Part shown: piece after piece, positions 41,528 to 52,946 of the stretch
Position numbering within the stretch: position 1 is the first letter of the stretch
How the letters are laid out: each line of letters opens with the position of its first letter
NCBI GenBank assembly: GCA_048013815.1
Contig: CM106585.1
Location: 16,678,001 to 16,742,000 of the forward strand
Direction: 5' to 3'
Length of the DNA stretch: 64,000 bases
Origin: Setoptus koraiensis
Lineage: Eukaryota; Animalia; Arthropoda
Notes under the pieces: generated by a model
Database searches by the model: none
What the model was told of the DNA's origin: nothing
Seen by the model: only the letters and a program-made list of their open reading frames with translations
Position numbers and translations under genes: made by a program

Positions 41528-41952
41528 GAGGAGCTGAATTTTTCGACTGAAATCTCAGACTGATGTTGAAGTCATGATTCTTCCTTTGTCCGATAGGAGG
41601 TCACCAGGTGACCAACCTGTCCAACGCCACTTCCGTCCGACGAGCCTCTTGCCGATAAAACGTGCCAAGATGTATGGCACAGAGTATGACAACATAACGC
41701 ACAAAAACTAATTTTTGGGTCGATCCACCTGGTTTTTAAAACTTTTCTTTTCTTTCCATCGCTACTCATGATGAGACCTATTTACACCTGTGGTTTACGC
41801 CCGCCATCGCAAACGCTGAAAAATGACACAAAACCGCCATTCTCGCGGTAAAGTGGGCGTGTCGACGGTCACCTGGTGACCCCCTATCGGACAAAAGAAG
41901 AATTATGACAGTAACATCAGTTTGAAATTTTAACCCAAAAATTCAACACCTC
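41528..41952. mobile_element. MITE-like non-autonomous DNA transposon, 425 bp, with 86-bp imperfect terminal inverted repeats
   Basis: 41528-41613 versus the reverse complement of 41867-41952 match at about 72/86 positions. The element has no meaningful coding capacity and is absent from the paralogous promoter of copy 1, where 35421-35460 runs straight through. The target-site duplication is not resolvable. Confidence 0.85.
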
Positions 41953-42126
41953 CCTTTATCATCATGTCTGCTACATCGATTTATACTCGGAAAAAGTATC
42001 ATTTCACAGTTGAACTTTAGGAAGCCATCGGAATTTACAGAAACAAAAACACCAAGCAAGTCCACTCACCCCGTAGGACACATTGGTCGTAGACATATAG
42101 TTTAGCAAATATTAGCAAATCGAGCG

Positions 42127-43911
42127 ATGGGAAAGATCAGACCTACCAACTCGAGGGCAACACGCGGACACTCCAGAGCCAGAAAATGGGCATCCTCTAG
42201 CACTTCTAACTCAGAAAGCATAAAATACAGGTCAGAATGCAATCTTGTGACAGAAACAATGAAACCATTACACAAGGAACATAGCAAGAAGGAGAAGAGG
42301 CACAAAAAGAAGCCTAAGGTAGAGAAAACGAAACCCCCTCAGACAGAGAGAAGGAGTAAGCCAGAGTCCTCCAGCCATGCCAGAAACCATCTTCACGAAA
42401 GCAAGCCACAGAGAACCTATAAACAACATGAAGAAAGAGAAAGAAGTGCCAATCATGAGATGTTGCAGTCATGCTCGGTTGACGCAGTTATCCAAGACGA
42501 CGAAGAGGGTCATCTGATATTTGGCGAGGGAAGCATACTGTACAAAAGATTTCTTGTTGAACAGATCGTCGGACAGGGTACATTTGCTCGCGTGGCTAAA
42601 GTGACCGATCTGAAGCATCATCAAAAGCTGGCCACTCCAAACAAGGGTCTCGAGGCATCATATCCTAATGGTCAGAGCAGTGGTCAGTCCTGTTATTATG
42701 CATTAAAGGTAATAAAGAATATCGCTAAATACCGTGAAGCAGCAAGATTCGAGATCAACGTGCTGCACAAATTACGTCTGAATAAATATGATCAGGACAT
42801 CAATGATGACAAAAGCAGATTAGAGGAACAAATTGATGAGGATCTAGCCTTGACCGAGGCAGGTAGACGACTATGTGTTCAAATGTTGGACTGGTTCGAT
42901 TATCATGGACATATCCTGATACTATTCGAAATGCTAGGTCCAAGTGTATATGACTTCATGAAACTAAACGGCTACAAAGCCTACCCCTTCGAGCATGTTT
43001 GCGCTATCAGCTATCAGTTATGCCTAGCTGTAAATTTTCTCCACAAGAATCGCCTCACTCACACCGACCTGAAACCTGAAAACATATTGTTTATCAACAA
43101 TGATTATAAGATCGCATATTCTGTACCTAGCAAGACTGATAAGAACAAAATGAAACACTATCTAGTTATGAAAAACCCCACCATAAGATTAGTAGATTTC
43201 GGCTCGGCCACTTTTGACCACGAGCACCACTCAAGAATAGTTTCCACAAGACATTATAGAGCCATTGAGGTAATACTTGAGCTTGGGTGGTCACAACCGT
43301 GCGATGTTTGGAGCATTGGCTGCATATTATTCGAGTTGTATTCTGGTATCACAATGTTCCAGACCCACGATGATCGTGAACACCTAGCCATGATGGAACG
43401 CATGTTGGGCCCAATACCCTATAGGATGGCTAGTAGAACTAAAACGCGATACTTTAGACATTGCCAGTTGGATTGGAGCGAGCGATCGTCTGCTGGTGTG
43501 TATGTGAGACAAAATTGTAAACCCTTGCGACGATACATGTCAAACGAAAGTCGTAGTCATATCAAGTTGTTCGATCTGATGGATATGATGTTGACTTATG
43601 AACCCGGACTCAGGATAACATGTGATCAAGCATTGAGGCACTCTTTTTTCGCTGATGTATCAAATGAATGGAAACTGCACTCCAGGTCTCCCTTGCCAGC
43701 TTCATCTAGGACAATTTCACAACATAAAAGTGAATCTGAACATAGTTCTCATATAGTCAACCAACCATCTTACATTGAAGCGGGTAAGCAGATCGATTCA
43801 AGAGTACAGTCACATCGAGTCAATTATAGATATTACGAAAATGAAAGAAAGTGTACCAGTAACGTTTTGAGTTCGACGAATAAGCTACAATATAACAGTA
43901 AATTATATTGA
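42127..43911 (+). CDS. Doa: LAMMER dual-specificity kinase (Doa/CLK), copy 2, 594 aa, intronless tandem paralogue
   Basis: Carries the same kinase motifs as copy 1, including [11 protein letters not shown]. The N-terminus is homologous to ORF 35619-35861 fused directly to the pre-kinase segment, and the C-terminal tail is unrelated to that of copy 1. Confidence 0.93.
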   Translation: MGKIRPTNSRATRGHSRARKWASSSTSNSESIKYRSECNLVTETMKPLHKEHSKKEKRHKKKPKVEKTKPPQTERRSKPESSSHARNHLHESKPQRTYKQHEERERSANHEMLQSCSVDAVIQDDEEGHLIFGEGSILYKRFLVEQIVGQGTFARVAKVTDLKHHQKLATPNKGLEASYPNGQSSGQSCYYALKVIKNIAKYREAARFEINVLHKLRLNKYDQDINDDKSRLEEQIDEDLALTEAGRRLCVQMLDWFDYHGHILILFEMLGPSVYDFMKLNGYKAYPFEHVCAISYQLCLAVNFLHKNRLTHTDLKPENILFINNDYKIAYSVPSKTDKNKMKHYLVMKNPTIRLVDFGSATFDHEHHSRIVSTRHYRAIEVILELGWSQPCDVWSIGCILFELYSGITMFQTHDDREHLAMMERMLGPIPYRMASRTKTRYFRHCQLDWSERSSAGVYVRQNCKPLRRYMSNESRSHIKLFDLMDMMLTYEPGLRITCDQALRHSFFADVSNEWKLHSRSPLPASSRTISQHKSESEHSSHIVNQPSYIEAGKQIDSRVQSHRVNYRYYENERKCTSNVLSSTNKLQYNSKLY

Positions 43912-44235
43912 TAAAATCGTGATAAAAAGGAGCTGTTATTTTATCAATGAAATAAACATCCATCCTAATTGTAATATACTCAAGCCACTATTTTAAACTC
44001 ATTCGCTATAGTTAACCATTGTAGAAAATAAAATTCAAATTCGATCTCCAGTAGAGGACTTTTAGTCTACTATCATCGAACGAGATGCGTATCCAATATC
44101 GGATTGATAGAGAATCATTTGCAACATATGCATATTGCCAAAACCTGTGTTACTGGAAAGAAAGAGATATTGTGATTCACTTTTTTTTATCACTAACATT
44201 GTTATTGTTGTTATTATCATATTTAAATATCATCA

Positions 44236-46705
44236 TTATAGATAACAGATCGGTAAGTAGTTCTCTTTAAGTCTGCATATGTGGTCATATATTTTGAGCG
44301 CTGGACCTAACTTCATCGAAAGACCCTTCAGGAAGTCAGCACGCTGCATCAAAAGTAAGGATAAACCGTCGACGTCTTGTTCCTTGAATAGACGTGCTTC
44401 GTCTGCGAATCCCTTCGAAGAGATGAATTGGGCGACATCCTCTGAAGTCCAGTATTGAGGCTCAAAGTCATCGAGGCTGCAACTGATGTGGTTAAGAGTT
44501 GAGAAAATACTTTTTTAGTATAGAAGATCGAACAGATTCAAAAGTCTAATCAAGCATATCCGGAGAATCTTAGGCGAAACCTTTGATTGGAGGAATCAAC
44601 AGTCTTTCCATACTTGTCATGAAAAACAAATAACTAGACTGTCTGGAATAATCAAAATAATCGTTATGGATATGTGTTGAAGCTATGTTATGGAATCTCG
44701 CGAAGTCTACATACCTAGTTGATGAAGGCACAAATATTCCGTTGGTGGAGTGATTATTTTCATTTGTTGTAGCTGCTAATTGTTTGGTTGGGATGTCTAG
44801 AATAGATGTGGCAGTGGCGTCATCTATACTATTATCGAGATCTAGACATGTTTTCTTGCTGAGATTAGAGGAAGCTGCATTGGAACTTGAAGATCTATCT
44901 GGTTCCGGTCTTTTCCGATTAGGTATGAACCTTAAAGGAATTTGGGGTTTTTGTTGTTTATCCGTCACGAGGCCATTGTTGCATATAAAAGTCTTGTGTG
45001 AGCTGTCCTTATTGTGCTTTGATTTTGGCTTACATCTATGATCATCCTTTGACACGCTGTAAGCCGCTTGTTCACCTGTTGATGGAGGTATATCTTCTGA
45101 TGGTTTTGTTTTAAATTGTAATACAGTCAACGCTGGGTCAATGCCTGCTAATTTCTCTAAAGTGGACGAGTATGGATCATGCTTCATTTTGTCATCATTG
45201 GATCTCGTATCGTCTGTGGTATCTTCATTAGAATCGACAGTCGCTCTACGGGAACCACTACTCACACCCTTCGTGTCAGCTTGGAGATTTGGTGTTGATT
45301 TGGGTGTCGCACCACTCCGGCGCACTGATCTCGCATGCCGTGCCAGTTTGCCGCTCTTGACTATCGGTTCTTCAGTAGGCGGTGTAGCAACCTTTCTTTT
45401 GTATCCCTTTCTACGAGTTGTTTTCGACTCATTTGGGAACAAACATTTTATACAAACACCAATCTCACCGGTAGGACCTCCACAGTCGGCGCATTTTTTA
45501 CCTCTACTTTTAAGCTTGAGTTTCCTCGCGATGGAGTTGTAATCTTCTTTAGCGCCTCGTCCACCTTTAGTAGATGATGAAGTCAGATAAAAGTCATTGA
45601 TATATCTTGAATTTACTCTACGTCTTCGACCTGCAGCGGTACTAACTGGTTCTTCCACAGCAGGTTCTCTGGTTTCTTCCTCTTGAACATCGGCCTTATC
45701 GTCCACTTTATCCTCCTCTTTATCCTCTTCATCATGATCGGCATCAATAGCTTCAGTACTATCATCCGGATCTCCGCCTACAGATTCATCTTCTGAGTTG
45801 CTCGATGAATCTTCAGGAGGTTCGAGTATTCCACTGTTATCTTGACAAACTGCTTCTACATTATTATTAGCGTTACGCATCATTTTTTTATAAAATGAAT
45901 CAATATCACTTTCGTCCGAACTACTAGTGTCTGTAGAACTGCTAATGTCATTCAGAGATTCTGCACGAGCAGCATCAGCTACCAACCTTTCTAGAGCTTT
46001 AAACTCTCGCTTTGCTGCAACTAACAGTTCACGTGATGGGTCTATCTTTTCTCCATCGGCGACAGATGAATGCGTTCGTACACTATTGGTATCTTCATCA
46101 GCATTTACATTTAAGCTGGTATCATTTGTATTTGATTTGACAATAACATCTGGTACTGGAGCGGCTAACTTTTCGTTTTCTATGGTCCTAATTAGATAGT
46201 TAGAATTGGATTTCAATTGAATTATCTTATTTTGTTGCTGCAACCCAAGTAACACCATTTTGAAACTGTCTATATTATAATTAAGAATTTTCTTTTCCGA
46301 TTTAAGATGATCTAATAAAAGACCCGCACTAACACCAGTGTCATTAATGGTATTTGACATGGTACCAACTGATAATTGTTCCATTAGTTCTAATACAAGC
46401 TTGTAAACATAATTTGGTATATCATCTGGATGTTCCGGTTCATATGGCACTATCCTCATGGCCATTTTATCACTGATACGCATCGCTGTCCTGTATCCAA
46501 AATTATCTTTGTACATTAACTTACAAATTTTCCCCTCTCTAGCGGCTCTATCGATCCTGTCTCTCAAATATTGATCAGTCCACTTGCGATGTTTGAGTAC
46601 TGTTTGTATTCTGTCCTCATCTGCCCTTAGTTTTCTTTTTCTCAACAATTCAACAGCATCGCATACGATATCAAGACTAACATCGTGGTCTGGAGGATAA
46701 TGCAT
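44236..46705 (-). CDS. SAMD1: SAMD1/atherin-like chromatin protein: N-terminal winged-helix, acidic and basic low-complexity middle, C-terminal SAM domain; about 743 aa; exons 46705-44715 and 44476-44236
   Basis: The N-terminus DIVCDAVELLRKRKLRADEDRIQ...RAAREGKICKLMYKDNFGYR resembles the SAMD1/KAT6 WH1 pattern. Donor AG|GTATGT at 44715/44714 (phase 2) joins TTGCAG|C at 44477/44476, giving SLDDFEPQYWTSEDVAQFISSKGFADEARLFKEQDVDGLSLLLMQRADFLKGLSMKLGPALKIYDHICRLK, a clear SAMD1-type SAM domain that is not in the ORF track. Confidence 0.85.
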
Positions 46706-48728
46706 TGTTATTAGGTATAATTAAGTGAATACAAATCAAAATTGTGTAACTTCAATGTGTATATCTCTTATAATATTGATATAAATGTGATAAATGTTTG
46801 ATATTTAGTATTGCTACTTGTAATGTTGTTGTTTAAGTAAAATGTTCAGTTTTCTTAAGCATTTAGAGTTGTCAGGCATAGTAGGCATGTAGGTTGTAGA
46901 TCGCTTGTCTAAATATTACAATTATTGTTTAAATAATTATAAAATTGTTTCATCTTAACTATACTTGGGGAGTTTTGCCGATTATATGAGATGGGATATC
47001 TCTCTCGATCTAGTCGCTTATTTTTATAGAGCGTCACAAAAAGGTTGCGATGTTTGTAGCTAGAGGTGTGTCTGTCGCACATACTAATATTAAATGACTA
47101 CCCTGTAACCATGAATTTTTGATGCTGTTGCTTGGGATATACATGTATATATATGTATAAATGTGCGCTGCTGCTGCCCTAATGCTAATGCCTGCATGTT
47201 TCATGAAGATGAGCGCAGGCAATAGCGCATTTATAAAGCATTGATAATGCTGGGGCTCTGTGCGAGCGAACGAGTGCGAACGATAACTGCATGTACAAAT
47301 AATGCTATTGGAATTCTGCACCGACGGCGATGACTAAGGAAATGACACCAAAATACTAGCAATTCGAATAGGAATCGAGAATGCGCTTGAAGCTTTCATT
47401 TCGCTACACCAGATGGTGCCCTATATTTTGTTATTCAAATCTAGCGCCAAAAATTAAGGTTATTCGATTCCGACCACCAGCCGTAACTTCACCCATGGCA
47501 TCGGAAGTGCAAAAGTTATCGACGAACTTTTAGCCACATAATTGATATCATTAATATCATTGGGTGTGAGTTGATGCGCTTGATGCGAATCAATCAATTC
47601 GATTGATACTGTAGACGGGTAGAACAATATTTTTATTAATACTGTTTTTATTTTTAATTAATTTAGATTGAAATCAACATCGGGGAAACATCGATGCAAT
47701 CATCGGTCGGTCTGGTCACCTCGGTCGGATATTAATCTAATTCAAATCGGCGCGACCGAAAACAATCACAACAGAGGATGGAACATTCAGGATCAACTAT
47801 ATCACCAATCAAATGCAGACGTCAATCGTATTCCAATAGAGCGAAAAATGGACACTTCAATCATCGGATGCCCAAGGCAACAACGACAGGCAAGTAGACG
47901 AGTAGAGATTATGATGATACATTGTTTCGGACATCAGTCGCAAATTGAACGAGCACAATGGCAACAAGTACATTTGTGTCAACCAATCATTATAGATCAG
48001 TCTCTCGGTCGCTATAGAAATCTTTTCCAAATTGAGAGAGTCGACAAGATCGGCATTGTGAATTGCAGAGCCAAAGTTAATTGATTGCCAGTTCTAAAGA
48101 TATGCTTTGAGTAGTAATTAACAATTGTGGCAATCAACAATTCGTAGCGAGAAGCAGCATATTATGATTGCCAGCAAATCCGGTGTAGATATGGTTAGCC
48201 AGAGGTCGCCACAGTCGCCATGGAAAATTACTCGAGGCAAGCAATGCGCAGGCGCCAAACATGAGCAGCGATAGTGAAGGAGAATGGTCGATGTCGTTCG
48301 CTGATATGACTCAACTATCCGAGTCGAGTAGATATATCTAGCAAAGCAAATAAGCCACTTAGTTGGATTGCTGTCTATTTGCTGTTTGTCTCGGAGATCT
48401 CACTATTCATATGAACTCGTCTGAACAGAGAAGAATCAAACAAGTTTTTCAACAATCGCATCGTATAAACACATTAACGATCTTAATAATTATATTATCG
48501 TCAGTCAAGTGATTAAAAGTAGTGATTACGGCGATACTTTGTTGATGTGACAAGGCAAATTTTTTAGTCAAGAAAAAGAAGGACAAGATAAGAGAATCTT
48601 CTCTTTGTTTTTAGCAACATAAGCAACAACATACAAGTAGTGACGGTAGAATCAACTTTATCATTATAATATAGTACTATTGAATAGCGACAACAAACGC
48701 AGCAACAACAGCATCAACGACAGCCAAA

Positions 48729-51700
48729 ATGACTGATGTCATACCCTCGGACTTCATATTTAAGGAGCTCCAGGCTGTGCATGCCACGGGCCTCTTGTCA
48801 GATCAGCTCTCATTAGAGGATGAATGGCAACAGACCCTGCTGGAGATGGACCAGCATTTGTCGTCGTCTCCATCGTCGTTTGGTCATCATCGGCACCATC
48901 ATCACATGCATCCATCTCATCATTTACCATTCAACCATCCTATATTAGATAATCATCATTTATTGCATTCGATTAATCATCATCATTTTAGGGATGACGA
49001 CGACGATGGTGATTGTTTCAATTTATTGAACGAAGATTTAGATGACGTTATAACAAATGCAACAATATTTGCCCATCATCACCAGCAACACCAACAACAA
49101 CAAGACACCACCACTATTGTCTCCCCAGATTCGACACCTATAAGCCAACCACCGGCTAAGAATGCTTTAGCTACCAAGAATGCCCTCTTAGAAGTTAATA
49201 CTGCTAAAACACCCAATAACACAAATACAAATGGTAACATTGGTGGCAATAATAATAAAGCGTCGCAACGTCGTGTCAAGAATGTCGCAGAGAGAAAGAT
49301 TAAAGAAAAAGCAGCAAGCCGTACCACTGCGACCAAAAAGAACAGCAACCCCAAAACCAAAAATATTAATAACAACAATGTTGCAAAGTATAATAATTCG
49401 AAGAAAGCTACTAGTACAACAACAATGGCTAGCGCGTCTAAATTGTCGGCCAAAAAAGGTTTTATTGCAACAATGACAAATGGTAGCAACAACAATGATT
49501 ACGATGATATTCTTGCAACGCATTTGAGTGGATACGGGGATAGCAACAACATCTACGTTAACAGCAACAACAACAACAACAACAGCAACAACAACAACAG
49601 ATTCTTGTTATCCTCCAGTTGTAAGGAAACCTTTGCAAGCCTCATAGATGCCATTGTTGTGAGAACAGATTCGTCAAGTATTTGTTCTCCATCCTCTTCC
49701 ACATCTTCGGTATCATCTTCCTCATGCAATTCTTCTCTGAGCGGCAGCAGCGGCACAGGTGTTCTACAAGCAGGTATTTTATCCGATTCTGGCAGCATCA
49801 TTAACAGCGAAATCTGTAACAGCCAGAGATCGGTGAATCATAATCATCAGCAACATCAACAACAGCAACAGCCGCAATACACCATCCAACAACAACAACA
49901 CAATTTCTCCACAGCTTCACAACATTTTACCCATTTGAGCCATCCAATCCACTTATTGATAAATCCCACAACAAATCACCACCATCTGTTTCATCAGCAA
50001 CAACAGCACCAGCAGCCACAGCTAATAAGTATCACGTCGTCACCCAACCACGCTGCAGCAACAACTATATCATCTTCGCCAGATACCTTATCGCCAAACG
50101 CCTCTTTAGCAACTAACAACAACCAAAGTGGTCTAAGCATTGATCACCATCATCTTCATCATGGTCTCATTGTATCGTCGTCTTCGCAAAACGGCACCAA
50201 CACAAGTCATATTCAAATTGTTGATCTAATTAACAATGCAACAGCAACTGTCAACAACAGTAACACTGGTTTCAATAACAATGTGACGACATCAACGCAA
50301 TCACAGGTATCAACAACAACTAAAAAGCCTAACATTACTCCAGCTATATTAACTACAACAACACCAACCATTACAACAATAACAACACCAACGACAACCA
50401 CAACAACACCAACAACACAGCAACAATCACCAACATCCAAGCAGACAGCTGCAACTACTTTAGCAGTTGCAACAACAACTACAACAAACAACAACAACAA
50501 CACCATCACATCAACGGCCCCAGGAAAAACGCAATCATCTCCAATAAAACGACAACGCAATCATCACAATTTAGTGCAACAACCATTACAACAGCATCTA
50601 GTTCAGCAACAGTTGATTAGTTTAACATCAACGTTATCAGGCGGCCCTCTTCTATCGAGGCTGGGATTCGCAACAGCAAGCCCTCAAACGAATCGTTTAA
50701 TCACGGTGACAGCAGCATCAAATAATAATAATAATAATAATAATACAAGCCATACGACAGCAAATACAACAACACCAACAACAAATAATTTCAATAATAT
50801 TAATAATACTAATCCTACTACCGCTATTAGCCCTGCCGTAGTCAGCAACAACGCAATCACTACTACTGCAACCACAACTATCACTACCACTACAACAAAT
50901 TCAGATAATGTTGACAACTTGTCCGCCAATGGTCTGACTGTAAATAGCGGAAAGAGGCGCAATCACCGGTGCTCATTCAATGGATGTAAAAAGATTTACA
51001 CAAAATCATCTCATCTCAAGGCTCACTTGAGGACGCATACAGGTAAGGCTATGTGTGATTGATGAACGAATGAAGATCTCTTTCTAATTAACTGGATGTA
51101 GTGAGATTGATTGAAGTGAAGATAAAATAAATAATAAGAGAAAGGCATAGAGAGACAAAGATTTGCGTGTAGACTAGATAAAAACGCGATCTAGCAATAA
51201 GTTGAATGTGCATGTCGTGCTTGAGTTGGATCTTTCACGCCAGACCAAGTGTACACAGGTGGCGCGAACGAAAATCAAGGTGACTACCGTTGTCGCCACA
51301 ACTTTCTTAAGTGCGGCTTAGTCAAATTACTGAACTGTATGTATGAACAAAGAAAAGGTGACGCGGATCCTGATCTGTTTGGCAAAGATTTCAAAGTCAA
51401 TTAGGTGCGCTCAGTCAAGTTAACTTTCAATCAAGTGAATTAAATGGAGTATTGCATGTAACCGCAATCACCATAGAGATGGCACCTCACTGTTGGCGAG
51501 CTGTTTATTATTTTAGAGAATGAAGTCAATCAGATCGATCTAGATCGCACAGCGCGCCAATATTGCGTAAGCTATGTTAAAAACCTATTGAGGCATGACA
51601 GCATTCTTGAATTTATTACCACTATTTTCGTTGAAAATGACTGATGAACTATGTTAGTGCGCTAGAGGACTATGATTTATGTCCGTACTATTCCTGTCAG

Positions 51701-52504
51701 ATGGAACGGAAAAATCACGGCCAGGCGAGGCTCGTTATCGAGCTAGTATGGTATAGCTGAGTTGCTTAAATGCAATTTTAAGTCGAATTAAGATGCAAGT
51801 GAGAAACGTTATAGACGATCTTGAGTAACAAAAGTTTTCTTCTAATTCTGTTTGTTGTTAAAATATTGAGTGAAAGTATTACAAGCTTGGCAACATCAGG
51901 AAAAACGCAGCTACACGCCAAGGTGCTGCAAAAAAAAGAATGTATGAGCGATGTTTGAGCGTTCATAAGTGTATTTTTCAGCCGTTTACACCTTGTCAAA
52001 GAAAAATTATGGGTGAAGCGTTGAGTCGATCTCCCATTATAATCTTGATAGAGGCTTGTAGTATATCTGAGTGACCGCCATTAACAGGTGACATTGACCT
52101 TGATAATGGACGGCGGACAATCAACGGCTATAGAAGCGCAAGATAGATTCCAGCCGAAGGTATATTTATTTGCGAGCCAAGTTGAATGAGAAGAAAGAAA
52201 GGCAGCATTACGAGAAACAAAGAGAGAGAGAGAGAGAAAGAGACTTATCTGTCTTAGTTTTTGCTGGTGTGTAGCAAGAGAATGTATAGTTAGTTGTATT
52301 GTAGTATAATTGTGCTGCCTGATAGTTGGTAACGAGAATTGAACTAGAAACGATGGAGCGTGATTGTAAAAACATGATGATATTAATAATAATCTAATCT
52401 GTTTTTCTCTCTTATGACTAATTCTCTCTCTCCCAAAAACTCCATTTTCTCCTGCGTTCATTGTGTCCCTGATTGCCACTGAATCTTACGTAATCCATCC
52501 GTCG

Positions 52505-52543
<39 letters not shown>

Positions 52544-52946
52544 CACACAATCAACTACATGAAAACAACATTCACTGCGACAACAACAACGAACAAAAAA
52601 ATATTGAAATGCTCGCTCAAATTGAAAAACGCTGCTGGCGTTCGTTCATCATGCTTGATGATATCTGAACAACCGCCGATTGGAACTTGCTGAAATGGTT
52701 CTCTCGCTGCCAACAACAACGTTAACAACAACAACAACGTTAACAACAACGACAACGTTAACCACAACAGGTGAGAAGCCATATAAATGTACGTGGGATG
52801 GATGCAGTTGGAGTTTTGCTAGATCAGACGAACTAACTCGCCACTTTAGGAAACACACAGGATTGAAACCATTCAAGTGCAATCATTGCGAACGATGCTT
52901 CTCTCGCTCTGACCATCTCGCTCTACATATGAAGAGACACCAATAG
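48729..52946 (+). CDS. luna: Kruppel-like factor, KLF6/7 (Luna) orthologue, about 829 aa; exons 48729-51042 and 52771-52946
   Basis: The N-terminal acidic motif [19 protein letters not shown]...[17 protein letters not shown] matches the KLF6/7 N-terminus. Three C2H2 fingers ([25 protein letters not shown]|[56 protein letters not shown]) are joined by a phase-1 GT-AG intron at 51043-52770. Confidence 0.93.

Noticed and set aside
44570-44714. C-terminal 47 codons of the 711-aa ORF, and the idea that the gene is a truncated KAT6/Enok
   Set aside because: This segment begins at a strong donor and is better explained as intron read-through; the downstream SAM exon makes the gene SAMD1-like.
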